This document shows positions 27,150 to 38,176 of a DNA stretch of 64,000 nt, one piece after another. How positions within the stretch are numbered: the stretch's first letter is position 1; each line of letters starts with the position of its first letter. Origin of the DNA: an uncultured Planctomycetaceae bacterium. Its GTDB lineage: Bacteria; Planctomycetota; Planctomycetia; Isosphaerales; Isosphaeraceae. Below the pieces are notes generated by a model that did not search any database, was not told where the DNA came from, and worked only from the letters and a program-made list of their open reading frames with translations. Both the position numbers and the translations under genes were made by a program. Where the stretch lies: positions 2,336,001-2,400,000 of the forward strand of contig CAWIAD010000002.1 of NCBI GenBank assembly GCA_963833985.1. Reading direction: 5' to 3'.

Positions 27150-29027
27150 TCAGGGCCTTGCGGATGCCTGGACTGCGGGCGGAGCCGTGCGCGGGCCGAC
27201 CGCTATCGGGTTCCTCCAGAGCAGCTGGCGCGCCTTCAGCAGGTTGCCGTGATGCTGCAAGGTGGGGTCGGCCTGGCTGTAGTGGGTGATCGCCCGATCG
27301 AGGTCGCCCCGTGATTCGTAGATGCGGCCCAGGTTCGTCTGAGCGCCCCAGCGCAGCATGTTGTAATAGGCCTTGCCCGGGCCGGGCTCCGGCAGCATTC
27401 GCAGCAATTGCAGCAGCATGTTCTCGGCCTGGTCGGGAGTCTTCCGTTCCAGCTGGGCCATGGCCAGGTAATGAGTTGCGTAGATGTCCAGACCGTCCTG
27501 AACCTCCCGGGGAACCGTCTTCTTCTTGTCGGTCACCAGCGGGACGTTTTCGCCCAGTCGAAACGATACATACTCCCGGACGGCTTCGGGAAGTTCACCG
27601 CGTAATTGCTTGATTCTTGCCACGATGAGCGGGAACTCAGGGCGAAACAGGAACAGCGACTGTTTGGACGACTCCACGAACGCGGGTTTCGTGAAGAGGT
27701 TCGTCTCGATGTCCAGAGGAAGGCTCCAGAGCTTGATCTCACCGCAATGCGATCCCAGCACCTGCTGGAAATGGTCGCGCTGCTGCGCCGGGCTGCGATG
27801 CAGGATGGTGCGGTTCTTGCCGGCGAGGTCTCGCTCCAGCAGCTTCATCCGGGGGGTGAGCAAGCCCTGGCTGGAGTCAATCAACACGCCGATCCGCGAA
27901 GGGCTTGCCAGCAGCGAGGCCCGGCTGGTGCCATAGGGGGACTGGCCGGGGAGGTCCATCTGCTCGAGAACCGTGGGATCGGCGAGCGCCTGGCTCAGCG
28001 TTGCAACGCCCTGTCCGTCAGGACCGGGAATCGGCAGGCCAACCCGGGCGTCGAAGAGATAGGCCTGGCCATCAATCAGTGCCGCGCAGAGCCAGACGAG
28101 CACAGGCTTCGCCGGCTTTTGCAGAGCCGCGAGAGAGTTACCCATCGGAGACTGGCCCGCCCGGGCCAGCAGAGGCTCAATCACGTTGCCGCGCGAGTAC
28201 GTCAACAGGCCCGCGTCCACGCCGAGCTGGCGGCAGAGCACCAGGAAGAGCCACGATCGCTCGGCCCAGTATCCGTCCGACTCGGTGGCCAGCCCGCGCA
28301 GCAGCACGTCGTAAGGGCGGGCCGGCACCTGAGGAAGCTGCCGCGACCCCAGGGCTCCCGCCGGTACGAGCTGGATCTGCTGCACGACCCAATCAAAGGC
28401 TCGCTGCACGCGCGCCAGGTCGCTGCCGGTCCCGCCCACCCGGCCGGCGATCGCATGGTACATCATGCAATCTTCAAGATGCCGGGCATCGCGAATGCTC
28501 CAGGTGGGCGACTCGAGCTCCTTCACGAATTCGGGGGAAAGCTGTGTTTTCAAGTACTCGCGGTCCGCGGAATCCAGCAGGTATTCGGCCTGCGGTGTGC
28601 CCTCGAAGAACTGGTTGAGCTTCTGCGTCGCCAGGCGGAAGTTGTCACCGCCGGGCTGAAGCGCGGCGCGCTGGATGAGCTCGATGGAACTCGCAAGAAT
28701 CGCCGCGCGCTCGTCGGAATCGCGTACTGCCGCGGGCCTGGCCTGGGACTTCGATGAGTCCACAGGCTTCACCATCCCCTCGCGATACGTACCGGACCAC
28801 TTGAAGTCGGTTGGCTCTCGCGAGTAGTCGCAGCCGGCGACCAGGGCGATTGAAACAGCAAGGCAAACCTGGGCAATCCCGAGCGAGACGCTGCGAATCA
28901 AGAGTGAAGCTCCTCGACGCTCAAGGCACCCGCCTGCGGATGATCTGGCGAATGCGGTTTCTTTGTCGCTGGTCCTTCTGAGGCGAGCATCAAACCGTGT
29001 GAGACCCGTGGCTGCCGGACGCTCCAT
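27150..29027 (-). CDS. Putative lipoprotein with transglutaminase-like core and C-terminal TPR
   Basis: LVAGC lipobox-like; AFDWVVQQIQL, PYDVLLRG, RSWLFLVLCRQLGVDA, AYLFDARVGLPIP; TPR AQTNLGRIYE; true start may be internal. Confidence 0.75.
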   Translation of the reverse strand: MERPAATGLTRFDARLRRTSDKETAFARSSAGGCLERRGASLLIRSVSLGIAQVCLAVSIALVAGCDYSREPTDFKWSGTYREGMVKPVDSSKSQARPAAVRDSDERAAILASSIELIQRAALQPGGDNFRLATQKLNQFFEGTPQAEYLLDSADREYLKTQLSPEFVKELESPTWSIRDARHLEDCMMYHAIAGRVGGTGSDLARVQRAFDWVVQQIQLVPAGALGSRQLPQVPARPYDVLLRGLATESDGYWAERSWLFLVLCRQLGVDAGLLTYSRGNVIEPLLARAGQSPMGNSLAALQKPAKPVLVWLCAALIDGQAYLFDARVGLPIPGPDGQGVATLSQALADPTVLEQMDLPGQSPYGTSRASLLASPSRIGVLIDSSQGLLTPRMKLLERDLAGKNRTILHRSPAQQRDHFQQVLGSHCGEIKLWSLPLDIETNLFTKPAFVESSKQSLFLFRPEFPLIVARIKQLRGELPEAVREYVSFRLGENVPLVTDKKKTVPREVQDGLDIYATHYLAMAQLERKTPDQAENMLLQLLRMLPEPGPGKAYYNMLRWGAQTNLGRIYESRGDLDRAITHYSQADPTLQHHGNLLKARQLLWRNPIAVGPRTAPPAVQASARP

Positions 29028-29140
29028 ATATCGGAGCTATCTTCGCCCTGCGCACGGCATGGGCACACTGTGCCGGCATCCCATGCTACGAGTTTACACA
29101 AAGCAGGGTTCGCCCGCGACGAGCAGAAGGGGGTTGCTTC

Positions 29141-29155
29141 CGGCACGGACCATGC
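29141..29155 (+). promoter_or_regulatory. Possible sigma54 (-24/-12) promoter upstream of HPr gene
   Basis: CGGCACGGACCATGC matches TGGCACG-N4-TTGC spacing with two mismatches. Confidence 0.35.
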
Positions 29156-29353
29156 GGGCTCACCATGTGCGGGCGCAAGTGCGGAAAGGGACAGGTTTTT
29201 CAGAGTTCTCATTGATGTTCGTGGTTGCGAGGTATCGCGGGGGCCATGTACGCGAGCGAAACGCTCATGTCCTCATGCAAGGCAAACGCGCAGGAGCACG
29301 ACTGTCGGCAGCCGGTGCTGGTTTCCGTTTGAACAACAAGGAGGAGGCCCACC

Positions 29354-29707
29354 ATGGCGGGACCGCGACGGCGAGTCGAGATCACCAACCCGCTGGGCCT
29401 GCACCTCCGCGCGGCCAATCGGTTGTCGCAGCTCGCGCAGCAATTCGACGCCCAGGTTTGCGTGCACTGGAACGGCCGCCAGGCGGACGCGAAGAGCATC
29501 CTCGACCTGCTGACGTTGGGCGCGGAGGCCGGCACCTTCATCGAGTTCGAGGCCAGTGGAGCGGACTCCGAAGAGGCAGCCGAGGCGCTCGTGAACCTGG
29601 TGGCCCAGCGCTTCCATGAGCAGGCCGACGAACCTTGCGAGAACCGCTCACCGTCCCTCCCCCCCTCGGGGCTCCCCAAATCGCCGCGCTGCGCGGCCGA
29701 TTCCTGA
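29354..29707 (+). CDS. ptsH: HPr family phosphocarrier protein
   Basis: AGGAGG RBS; NPLGLHLRAA (His15 motif) and DAKSILDLL (Ser46 motif); ~25-aa C-terminal tail. Confidence 0.93.
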   Translation: MAGPRRRVEITNPLGLHLRAANRLSQLAQQFDAQVCVHWNGRQADAKSILDLLTLGAEAGTFIEFEASGADSEEAAEALVNLVAQRFHEQADEPCENRSPSLPPSGLPKSPRCAADS

Positions 29708-29871
29708 ACCTGGCGTGGGCTGGCCGTGAGCTGGCGGATCCGTGCCTCGACCTGTTTTTCCCGCGACATCGGCGCTCTGTCGTTGGACGAGATGACCAGT
29801 TCCCGAGGTTTTGCGGCGCCGGATCGAGCATCCGCGCCATCGCTCCTGAATCATGGCGTGGCAGCCGGCGG

Positions 29872-30264
29872 TCATGGCGAGAGCTCCTGTAACGAGGTGC
29901 GATTCACCTCGTCCTGTGGAGCGCGCCTGCGTCCTTCCCCGGTGGGACGCATGAACCAGGGTCTCCTGGCGTGCGCCAGGTCGATGCCCGGGCCTCCGGA
30001 TGGAATGCTGGTTCCCGCGGGCCAGCTCTTGAAGTCCTTGCCGATGGTCGCACCATTCGGCAAGACTCCGCGGGCTGGGCGGTGAAACAACCCGGGGCTG
30101 TTGCGAATCTGTCCGCTCGTACTGGTGCACCCTGGGAGGTAGAGCGCGAGGAGTACCGCGAGAAGGATCCACTGAGACCGCGTGCCGCGCCTGGCGAAAG
30201 CCGCGCCCGCGATTCCCGCTGACGCCGTTTTCCTTCCGGTGGGCATACGCATCCTCCCGCCCAC
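29872..30264 (-). CDS. Hypothetical lipoprotein-like ORF
   Basis: Hydrophobic stretch ending LYLPGC; boundaries uncertain and possibly frameshifted. Confidence 0.35.
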   Translation of the reverse strand: MGGRMRMPTGRKTASAGIAGAAFARRGTRSQWILLAVLLALYLPGCTSTSGQIRNSPGLFHRPARGVLPNGATIGKDFKSWPAGTSIPSGGPGIDLAHARRPWFMRPTGEGRRRAPQDEVNRTSLQELSP

Positions 30265-30479
30265 TCGGCTCGTCCGTCATGACGAGGCACCGGGACGAAT
30301 TGAATCGAGCACATGAGCCTTCTCGCTGTATCGGTCGTACCGGCTGTGCCGATTGAGCAAAAGGTGGGCGCGCGGGAAGCGGAACGAGCCAGCCGCGCGG
30401 ACGGCGTGTTCTATGGCCGCTCTGCGACTCGTCTGGGAAACCTGGGTCCCCGGTGTGCCCAGGAGGTGGGGAAACCGCG

Positions 30480-31326
30480 CTAGACGTATTCAATGAGGGA
30501 CGTTCCGGCCATCAAGCAAAAGCCGCTGAGCAGGGCGATGGAAAGCTTGAGCCGGTCGTGGGTGTGAAACTGAAGCTCGGGGAGAAGGTCGGAAAGGGCG
30601 ATGCAGAGAAACGTCCCTGCCGAGAAGGCGAGTGCCACGGCCGTGCAGCTCGCGGCCGTCGCCGGGCTGAGCTGACCGAGGCCGACGGTGAAGAGCACGA
30701 CGCCAAGGGGGATCATCAGGGCAAAGCCGGCATTGATCAAGTGAGCGGTGCGCTTCGGTACCCCCGCGCCGAGCATGAGGCTGACGATCGTCAACGCGTC
30801 GGCCGGCTTGTGGACGATGGTGGCCAGGAAAACTCCCCAGGCCATCGGTCCGACCGCGTGGCGATCGGCATAGTCCGCCGCGATGGCGCTGGCGAGCGCC
30901 ACCCCGCCCACGAGCGAATGAATGGCCAGGCCGAAGGCCGCGGTGCCCCAGGAGAGCGATGTCACCGCGGGATCGCCGGGCAGCCGACCGGCCGCGCCGT
31001 GGTGGTTGTGTGCCTCGGCCTGATGGCCGGCATGGTGGTCTGTCGGGTCGTGCGGGTGTGGCTCGTGGTGATGGAATGAGAAGAAGTCGCTCGAGGAAAA
31101 AGAGGGCGAGCAGCCCGACGGCGGCCCAGCGCACCGTCTGCGCACCCCCCAATCTCACGACTTCCGGCAGCATGTGGAAAAACGCAGCACCCAGCATGCT
31201 ACCCGCCGAGAAGCTGAGGTAGATCTGGAGCCTGGTGTGGTTGAGCACCGTGGCCAGTGGCAGTGCGCCGCCCATGAGGCTGACGGCGACGATCAGCAGG
31301 CTGTACGCGGTCAGTGCTGACGGCAT
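30480..31326 (-). CDS. ZIP family metal transporter (frameshift near 31088)
   Basis: SFSAGSMLGAAFFHMLPE; His-rich loop; HSLVGGVAL, HKPADAL, AFSAGTFLCIALSDLLPEL. Confidence 0.9.
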
Positions 31327-31492
31327 GTCGCGATCTGCTCTCCTGGACTTCGCGGTTCGACCCTTGTTCGCCCGGCGCACCGTCGAAATAATATACGAAG
31401 ATCGTCGGTGGGCGCGATTCCTTGGTTTCTAACCGGAGAAATCCTCTTCATCTCGATCCGGACAGAGGCCACGCCACGCGGGAGGGGGAGGA

Positions 31493-31780
31493 ATGTCCAA
31501 GCTCAGCGAACCCGAGATTCTTGACAAGCTTGCCGAGGCTCAGGGGTGGGACCGGCACGGGGATATGCTGGTGCGCACCTGGCAGTTTCCGTCATTTCGC
31601 CGCGCCATGGAGTTTGCCAACCAGCTCGCAGCGGTGGTGGAGAAGGCGGACCATTACCCGGACATTCACGTCGGCTTTCGCCTCGTGCGTGTGGAGATTT
31701 CCACGCATGACGTGGGTGGGCTCACAGAACGCGACTTCGCGCTGGCCGCTCAGATCAATACGCTGCCCACGGACCGGTAG
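31493..31780 (+). CDS. phhB: Pterin-4-alpha-carbinolamine dehydratase family protein
   Basis: F.SFRRAMEFAN...EKADHYPDI...STHDVGGLTERDFALA. Confidence 0.88.
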   Translation: MSKLSEPEILDKLAEAQGWDRHGDMLVRTWQFPSFRRAMEFANQLAAVVEKADHYPDIHVGFRLVRVEISTHDVGGLTERDFALAAQINTLPTDR

Positions 31781-31911
31781 CCGCGCGCTGCCGGCTGACC
31801 TGGCCAAGAAAAAACCCAGGCCCGGGGGGTCGGGGCTGCCGCGAAGTGGAGACGGTTCTCGACCGTCTCCGGGGCCGTCGTGATCGGGTTCCGCGCTGTC
31901 ACGCAAGCGAG

Positions 31912-32116
31912 TCAGGGCGTTTTCACTTCACCCGGACGCCGGGGCCCGGACTGCCCGGGGGCGAGCCGGCGATACTTGGTCTTGGGCAGATTGAAGACGC
32001 CCGCCGAGGGGGTCCAGCGATCATCCTCTTGGAGCAGGGCCAGCCGTTCCGCCCGCGTCAAAACGTTGCGCGCGGGCCAGACCGCCCCCTTTTTTCAAGC
32101 TCTTGTCAAGCGACAT
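31912..32116 (-). CDS. PVC-superphylum small basic protein (frameshift near 32070; absent from ORF track)
   Basis: MSLDKSLKKGGGLAR(A/R)..NVLTRAERLALLQEDDRWTPSAGVFNLPKTKYRR; GGAGA RBS; slip inside a CGCGCG run. Confidence 0.85.
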
Positions 32117-32332
32117 CGGGTCTCTCCGTGCATGCCGGGGCGCTCAAGTTCGTGCTCGCTGACGTCGGCCTGCACGGACGAACGAGCTGCGTTCCCGGGC
32201 AGGTGAGGCGGGCCATTCTTGAGGAAAGTCCCTAGCTTAACCGCCCGCTGCCGGTGCTGCAAGCGCAGGTGCGGGTGGACGAAGCAGCGAAGCAACCCGG
32301 CGGATGCCGGCCAGCCGGCGTCCCGGGACCGT

Positions 32333-32605
32333 TCAAGGCCCGACGCCGAGGTGGCTTTCGATCTCGCGAGCCTCCGAGCTCCAGCCGCCCGTGAGACGAT
32401 TATTCTTGAAGAATGGCTGCGGCTTCTTCGGGTCCGAGTCGACCGCCTGGATCTTGGTCGAATCAGCCTCCGCCGCCGCTGCCTCGGCCTCGGTGGCCTG
32501 GTTCTGCGACCGCGTGGCCTGGCGCAGGCTCTCACAGCCGGCGATCCCCGCGGCAGCGGCCACGGCCATTACATTCAGGAAAACACAGCGGCGCGTCATC
32601 GCCAT
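32333..32605 (-). CDS. Small lipoprotein
   Basis: MAMTRRCVFL...AAGIAGC lipobox; C-terminal GGWSSEAREIESHLG; GAGGA RBS. Confidence 0.7.
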   Translation of the reverse strand: MAMTRRCVFLNVMAVAAAAGIAGCESLRQATRSQNQATEAEAAAAEADSTKIQAVDSDPKKPQPFFKNNRLTGGWSSEAREIESHLGVGP

Positions 32606-32737
32606 GGCATCCTCGCTCGTGACGGGCGCCCGAGTCGGCGCACCGTTGAGGTTAACGAGAGTGTGACAACCCGAACGGAAATGATTTGCTGATCGAGCGG
32701 AGATGTCCGGCGTGATCGGCCGCAGCATGCCAGAAAA

Positions 32738-34231
32738 CTAGCCTTCGGTCCAGCCGGATTTCGCCGTCTCCTCGGGCCAGAACAAAAGCAAGGCGGCCAG
32801 GCCCGCCAGCGGCAAGGCTCCGACGATGAGGAAATCGGGCGCGAATCCGTGGCGGCCCTGCGAGATCCATCCGGCGACGGGCATGAACCCGGCTGCGAAC
32901 AGGTTTCCCAGGCCGCCGAGATAGCCGATCACCAGCCCCGTGTGCGCGGGCGCCACATCCTGGCAGAAGGCAAAGTAATTGGCCATATACGCGGCGGTGC
33001 CCAGGGCCGCCAGGCACAGCAGCACCACCACGAGCACCTCGGACCCCGTGAACCCGACCCAGATCGCGGAGCTCACCAGCACAAAAGAGCCCACCATGAC
33101 CCGCTTGCGTGCCGTTGTCGTGCTCAACCCGCGGCGCGTGAGCCGTTGCACCAGTCCGCCGCCTCCCAGGTTGCCCAGGTCGGCGGCCAGAAACGGCAAG
33201 GCGCTGAACATGCCTCCAACAAGCATGCCGAGACTGCGTTCCTCCTGGAAGAAGGTCGGCATCCAGTTCACCAGAAAGTGCCAGGTCACGTTGATGGTGG
33301 TTCCGACCAGGGCCGCAACCCAGAACTGGCGTCTGCGGACGATCTCACCGAGGCTGCGCGCCCAGTCGGCCCCGGCCAGCCAGCCCGGCGGCATGATCAC
33401 GGATGCGATCAACAAGCCGATCAGGAGAGTGGCCACGCCCCACCAGATGGCGGCACCACGCCACGCGGCGGGCAGGATCTGCCAGCCAATCACGCTCATG
33501 ACGAGTGCGCTGATCGCGACCGCGGCGAACCCCAGCCTGGCCCCTGGAGCAAGCCCGGTTGCTCTGGATGGCTCACGTGGTCGAGCCGCCCTTGTGAGCC
33601 GGTCTCCCGTGCAGAGCAACCACGCGACGACCCAGATCAGCCCGCCGCACCCGAGCATCACGAAGGGATAGCGCCAGCCCCTGTGCACGGCCAGCGGTGT
33701 GACCAGCAGAGGGGTGAGAACCGCCCCGATGGCTGCCCCCGAATTGAAGATACCGTTGCCCAGGCTGCGATCGGCGGGCGGCAGTACGGCGGAGGTGACG
33801 CGCAAGGCACAGGGCCAGTTGAAGGACTCGCCCATTCCCAGGAAGGCCCGGCAGGTCATGAGCACGGCCAGGGTGGGCGAGTACGCGGTGGCGATTCCGG
33901 CCAGCGACCACCAGAAGACCGCCCCCGCGTAGCTGAGCCGGACGTTCCAGCGGTCTGCCAGGTAGCCTGACGGCCACTGAAAGAACGCGTAGGTGAGCTG
34001 GAATGCCGCCATGACCCAGCCGAACCCCAGGTTGTCGATTGCGAATTCTTGCTTGAGCTGGGGGCCCACGAGCGCCACCGCCTGACGGTCCATGTAGTTC
34101 AGTACGGTCGATGCGAACATCAACCAGCAAAGTCCCCAGGCCCACCATCCCGGTCGGAGCGGCGATGTTCCAGAAGCCTGTTCCGCGGACGCCGGGTGGC
34201 TGCTGCCGTCACGGCTTGGACTCGTGGGCAT
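32738..34231 (-). CDS. MFS transporter, ACS/ExuT (hexuronate)-like
   Basis: STVLNYMDRQ, GYLADRWNVR, RAFLGMGESFNWP, RSLGNGIFNSGAAIGA. Confidence 0.9.
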   Translation of the reverse strand: MPTSPSRDGSSHPASAEQASGTSPLRPGWWAWGLCWLMFASTVLNYMDRQAVALVGPQLKQEFAIDNLGFGWVMAAFQLTYAFFQWPSGYLADRWNVRLSYAGAVFWWSLAGIATAYSPTLAVLMTCRAFLGMGESFNWPCALRVTSAVLPPADRSLGNGIFNSGAAIGAVLTPLLVTPLAVHRGWRYPFVMLGCGGLIWVVAWLLCTGDRLTRAARPREPSRATGLAPGARLGFAAVAISALVMSVIGWQILPAAWRGAAIWWGVATLLIGLLIASVIMPPGWLAGADWARSLGEIVRRRQFWVAALVGTTINVTWHFLVNWMPTFFQEERSLGMLVGGMFSALPFLAADLGNLGGGGLVQRLTRRGLSTTTARKRVMVGSFVLVSSAIWVGFTGSEVLVVVLLCLAALGTAAYMANYFAFCQDVAPAHTGLVIGYLGGLGNLFAAGFMPVAGWISQGRHGFAPDFLIVGALPLAGLAALLLFWPEETAKSGWTEG

Positions 34232-34415
34232 GGAAGCGCTCCCCCTTGCAACCCCGCGCCGGTGTTACCGGCCCTGCTCGGGCCGGGCCGTAGCTACCTT
34301 GTCAGAAAGGAAACGGGCGCACAACCGGGAACAGTTTTGCGCGCTCGCAAGCAGGATGCACGAGTGCCCTTTCGCAAGGACGCTTTGGCCGTAACGGCTG
34401 CGGCAGGTAAGATGG

Positions 34416-37400
34416 ATGGATCGATCCGGCGACCTGTCTGGAGACAGGAAGATGACCGGGCAACCAGGGGATGGGACCGAGATGGAGCCGATGAAACGAT
34501 CCGCAGCGGAATCGAGCAAGCCCCGACGCCGGCTGCGGTGGCTGCTTGGCGGTGCATTCTGTGGCCTGGGTGGGCTGGCGCTGCTGGTGCTGGCGCTCCC
34601 GTGGATCATCGAACTGCCCCCGATGCAACGCCTGCTGGCCAGCGCGGCGAGCCGGGTCATGGCCCCGGGCACCGTGCGGTTCGGGCACCTGCGCGTGTTC
34701 TGGAACCGCTCCACCGAGATCGAGGACCTGGTCTTGCGCGATGCCCAGGGCGATGACATCGTGACCGCGCCTGCCGCTCGGTTCAGCTGGAGCCTCTGGC
34801 AGGTCATGGTGACGCGGCCCAGGACCTCAACACTCTCGCTCGATCGTGCCGCGGTGGACATCGAGCGCACGGCCAGCGGCCAGGTCGACCTGCTGGAGAC
34901 GCTCAAGCCCATCCTCAAGGACGAACCGGATCGCACGCTCCTGGTGCGCATCACCGGTGGCAAGCTACGGTTCCGCGCGGCGGGCCTGGAACAGCCGTTC
35001 CTGGCCGACCCCGCGGACATTGACCTGGACCTCAACGCCTATCCCGAGCCGATCGCCTGGCGGCTCAAGCTTGAGCGCACCGTGGACAGATCGCCGGCGG
35101 GCCGCGTGGACGTGCAGGGGAGCATGAGCCGCGACAAGGAGAGCGGCGGCTTGCCCGAGGATCTGAACCTGGCCATCCGGGGCGAGCGCTGGCCGGTGGT
35201 CTTCTCGAACCCGCGACTGAACGCCCGGTGCGCGTTCAGCGGCGCGATCGACGTGCGCCATGCCGGCGGCGAGCTTCGGCTCGAGGGCGATACTCATCTG
35301 CTGGATGTTCAAGCCGGCGGCCCCGCGCTTGCGGGGGATGAACTGCACTGGGCCGAGGTTACCGCGGCGTGGATCGTCGGCCGCGGCCACGGCGTCTGGT
35401 CCGCGGACCATCTCGATATCGGCTTGCCGGTAGGGTCTCTCAAGGCCTCGGGGGCCTTCCCTCCGGACCGCGACCGAGGCGCCCATGTTGCCGCGAGGCT
35501 CGACCTGGCGGGGCTCGCACGGCAGCTTCCCAGGACTCTCCATCTCCGCGATGACCTGACCCTGGAGCAGGGATCGCTCGAGCTTCAGGCGGACGCCAGC
35601 GGCGACGTCGACAAAGCCGGGCAACTCATCGCGGCGACCGCCCGCCTGACCGATCTGGCCGCCCGCCTGGGATCGCGCGAACTTTCCTTCCGCGACCCCG
35701 CGAACTTCCGTGCCCGATTGCACCGGCAGTCCGGGCGTATGGAAGTGGAGCAACTGGATGTCCAGACGCCCTTCCTGACAGCCCAGGGGCGCGGGGACCT
35801 GGACCGGGGGGTCGACGTGTCGGCCGTGATCGACCTGGAAGCCGCCTCCAGGAGGCTCCACGACTGGCTGGACCTGGGACGCATCGATCTTGCCGGGAAA
35901 GGAACCGTGCAGGCCACGTATCAGCACTCCAGCGGCCGCTACGCGCTTGATGCCAGTACGGAGTTCCGGGGGCTGAAGATCGCGGGCGCGCCCGTCGTCG
36001 AGACCTTTCAGCGCGATACGATCGCCGGCAAGCTCAAGGCGGCCGGGCCGGCGGCCGATTCAGGCCTGCCGACGCGGCTCGATGAGCTGTCGATCTCGGC
36101 CAGGAGCGGAGTCGACGACATTCGCATCGGCGCCTCGCGTGATGCGAGCGGTTCGCTGGCCCGCTTCGAGGCGTTCGCGCGGACGCAGCTCGTAGCGGCC
36201 GGCAAGAAGCAGCAAGTGAACGCCACCATGCAGGCGCGTTGGGGTGACGCCGAAGTGACGCTCGACCCGATTGCGCTGGTGATCGAGCCCGTCGTCGGCC
36301 CGGGTGGACAATTCCTGCCAGGTGAGCCGTCGCGCTGGTCCGGAAAAGGAACGTACCATCTTACGAGGGATGAGCTTGCGATCACCGCCGACCCCCAGCC
36401 GGCCGGCAGCAGACCACTCGCGCTGGCGCCCGCGACGATTCACGCCGGAGGATTCAAGACCCGCGATGCCGCCTGGTTTGAAGCCCGGCTCAACGGAGAC
36501 GTGGCCGCACTGAGCCGGCTGGCGAAATGGGAGCAGCCGCTGGATGGTGCTCTGGCTGGTTCGGTCAGCGGCCGGCAGGGCGGCGCGGCTGGGAGCTCGC
36601 CGCCGGCATGCAGGTCCATGACCTGGCCCGGATGAGCGAGCCCAAGGATCGCACCATCCTCGCCCGCGACGCCTCGGCCAGCGTGCGCGGGCTGCTGACC
36701 AGCAAGCTCGACCGGCTCGAGATCGCAAAACTCGAGGTGGTCACTCCTTATGGACGTCTGGACGGTGCGGGGCCGGTGCACGACCTGGCGGGTCATCCCC
36801 GGTTCGACCTCCGAGGGTCGCTGGCCCCGGACTGGAAAGCACTGACGGATTTGCTGGCGGAGCGCGTCGAGCCTGGAGCCTCGATCAGCGGTTCCCCGCG
36901 CGGCTGGCGGCTGGCGGGCACGCTGCCGGAAGCGGGCGCAAAAGACCCGCTGGCGGGCCTGAATGGTGAGCTGGGAGTGAACTTGCAGCAGGTGGATGTC
37001 TTCGGGATGCGCCTCAGCCGGTCCGCACTGGTCGTCAAGCTCGTCGATGGCAAGACACGGATCGACCCGATCGACGGGACGCTGAACTCGGGCCGACTGC
37101 ACCTCGAGCCGGAGGTCATGACTGACACGCAAGGCCAGACGTGGCTGCATCTCGGAACGGCCTCGGGACTGCTGGACGCGGTCGTGAACGATGAGGTCTC
37201 CCACCGGGTCCTGCTGTATGTCGCGCCCGTGCTCGACCAGGCCACCCGGGTTCGGGGCCGGGTCTCGGTCGCCCTCAACGACGCGTATTTCCCGATGGGT
37301 GGCGCCTTGAAAGCCGAGCCCCGGATTGACGGCGACGTGCTCTTTGATGCCGTCGAGTTCATGCCCGGGCCGCTCGCCGAACAGCTCCTCAGCGTGTTCA

Positions 37401-38077
37401 AGCTGGAGGAGCGTCCCCTGCTGGTACTCCGGGACCCCGTGTCCGTACGGATGGTCGGCCGCAGGATCTATCAGGAGGGCCTGGTCATCCCCGTGGCCAA
37501 GGTGGCGGCCATCGGCATGGAAGGCTGGGTGGATTTCGACCAGAACCTGGACATGGTGGCGCGCTTCGCCATGGTGCCTCCACGACGGAACATCCCCGTA
37601 CTCTCTGACCTGCTCGAGAACGCCCAGTTTCAGCTTCCCATCACCGGCACGCTCAAGAAGCCAAGGATCGATACCGAAGCGCTCAAGGATCGGTTCAAGG
37701 ACTTTGGCGTGAACCTGCTCGATAACGCGATCGGCGCCGGTGTGAACGCACTGGGCCGGATCATGCAGGGCGGGGCCCGGCGAGACGGCCAGCGGGGAGA
37801 TTTCTTCCCGCCATTCCAGGCACCGGGTGCCGGACAATCTGCGCGGCCTCCCGAGCCGCAGGCCCCAGGGGCGGCGCCTGCCGGCGGTGCCCGCGATTCC
37901 AGCACCAGGAAGCCCCAGGCGGATCCTGTCGATCCCGACGACGATGCCGCGCCCGCACAGAGCCGGCCGGGACAGCTCTCACCCGAGGAGCGGCGGGCCC
38001 AGCGAGAGGAGCGGCGGGCTCGGCGCCTCGATAAACGCGCCGAACGCCGGCTGCGCAGGGGTTTGCCGCCAGAGTGA
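34416..38077 (+). CDS. AsmA/TamB-like large periplasmic beta protein (frameshift near 36580)
   Basis: Basic N-terminus plus single TM, IEDLVLRD AsmA-like start; C-terminal half with GTLNSGRL, GWVDFDQNLD, LPITGTLKKPRID; start codon uncertain. Confidence 0.75.
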
Positions 38078-38176
38078 GCCGCGATGCCAGAGAATCCGCT
38101 CACAGGTGCACCATGAGGTGCCGGCGGTGAGACGCCGTGCCGAGCCGGGATCCCGCGGCTGTGCGAGCCGGCTGCC

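Noticed and set aside
29270..29340. c-di-GMP-I riboswitch in the HPr leader (GGCAAAC)
   Set aside because: The GNRA-capped P2 and the downstream GCAAAG/P3 elements are absent
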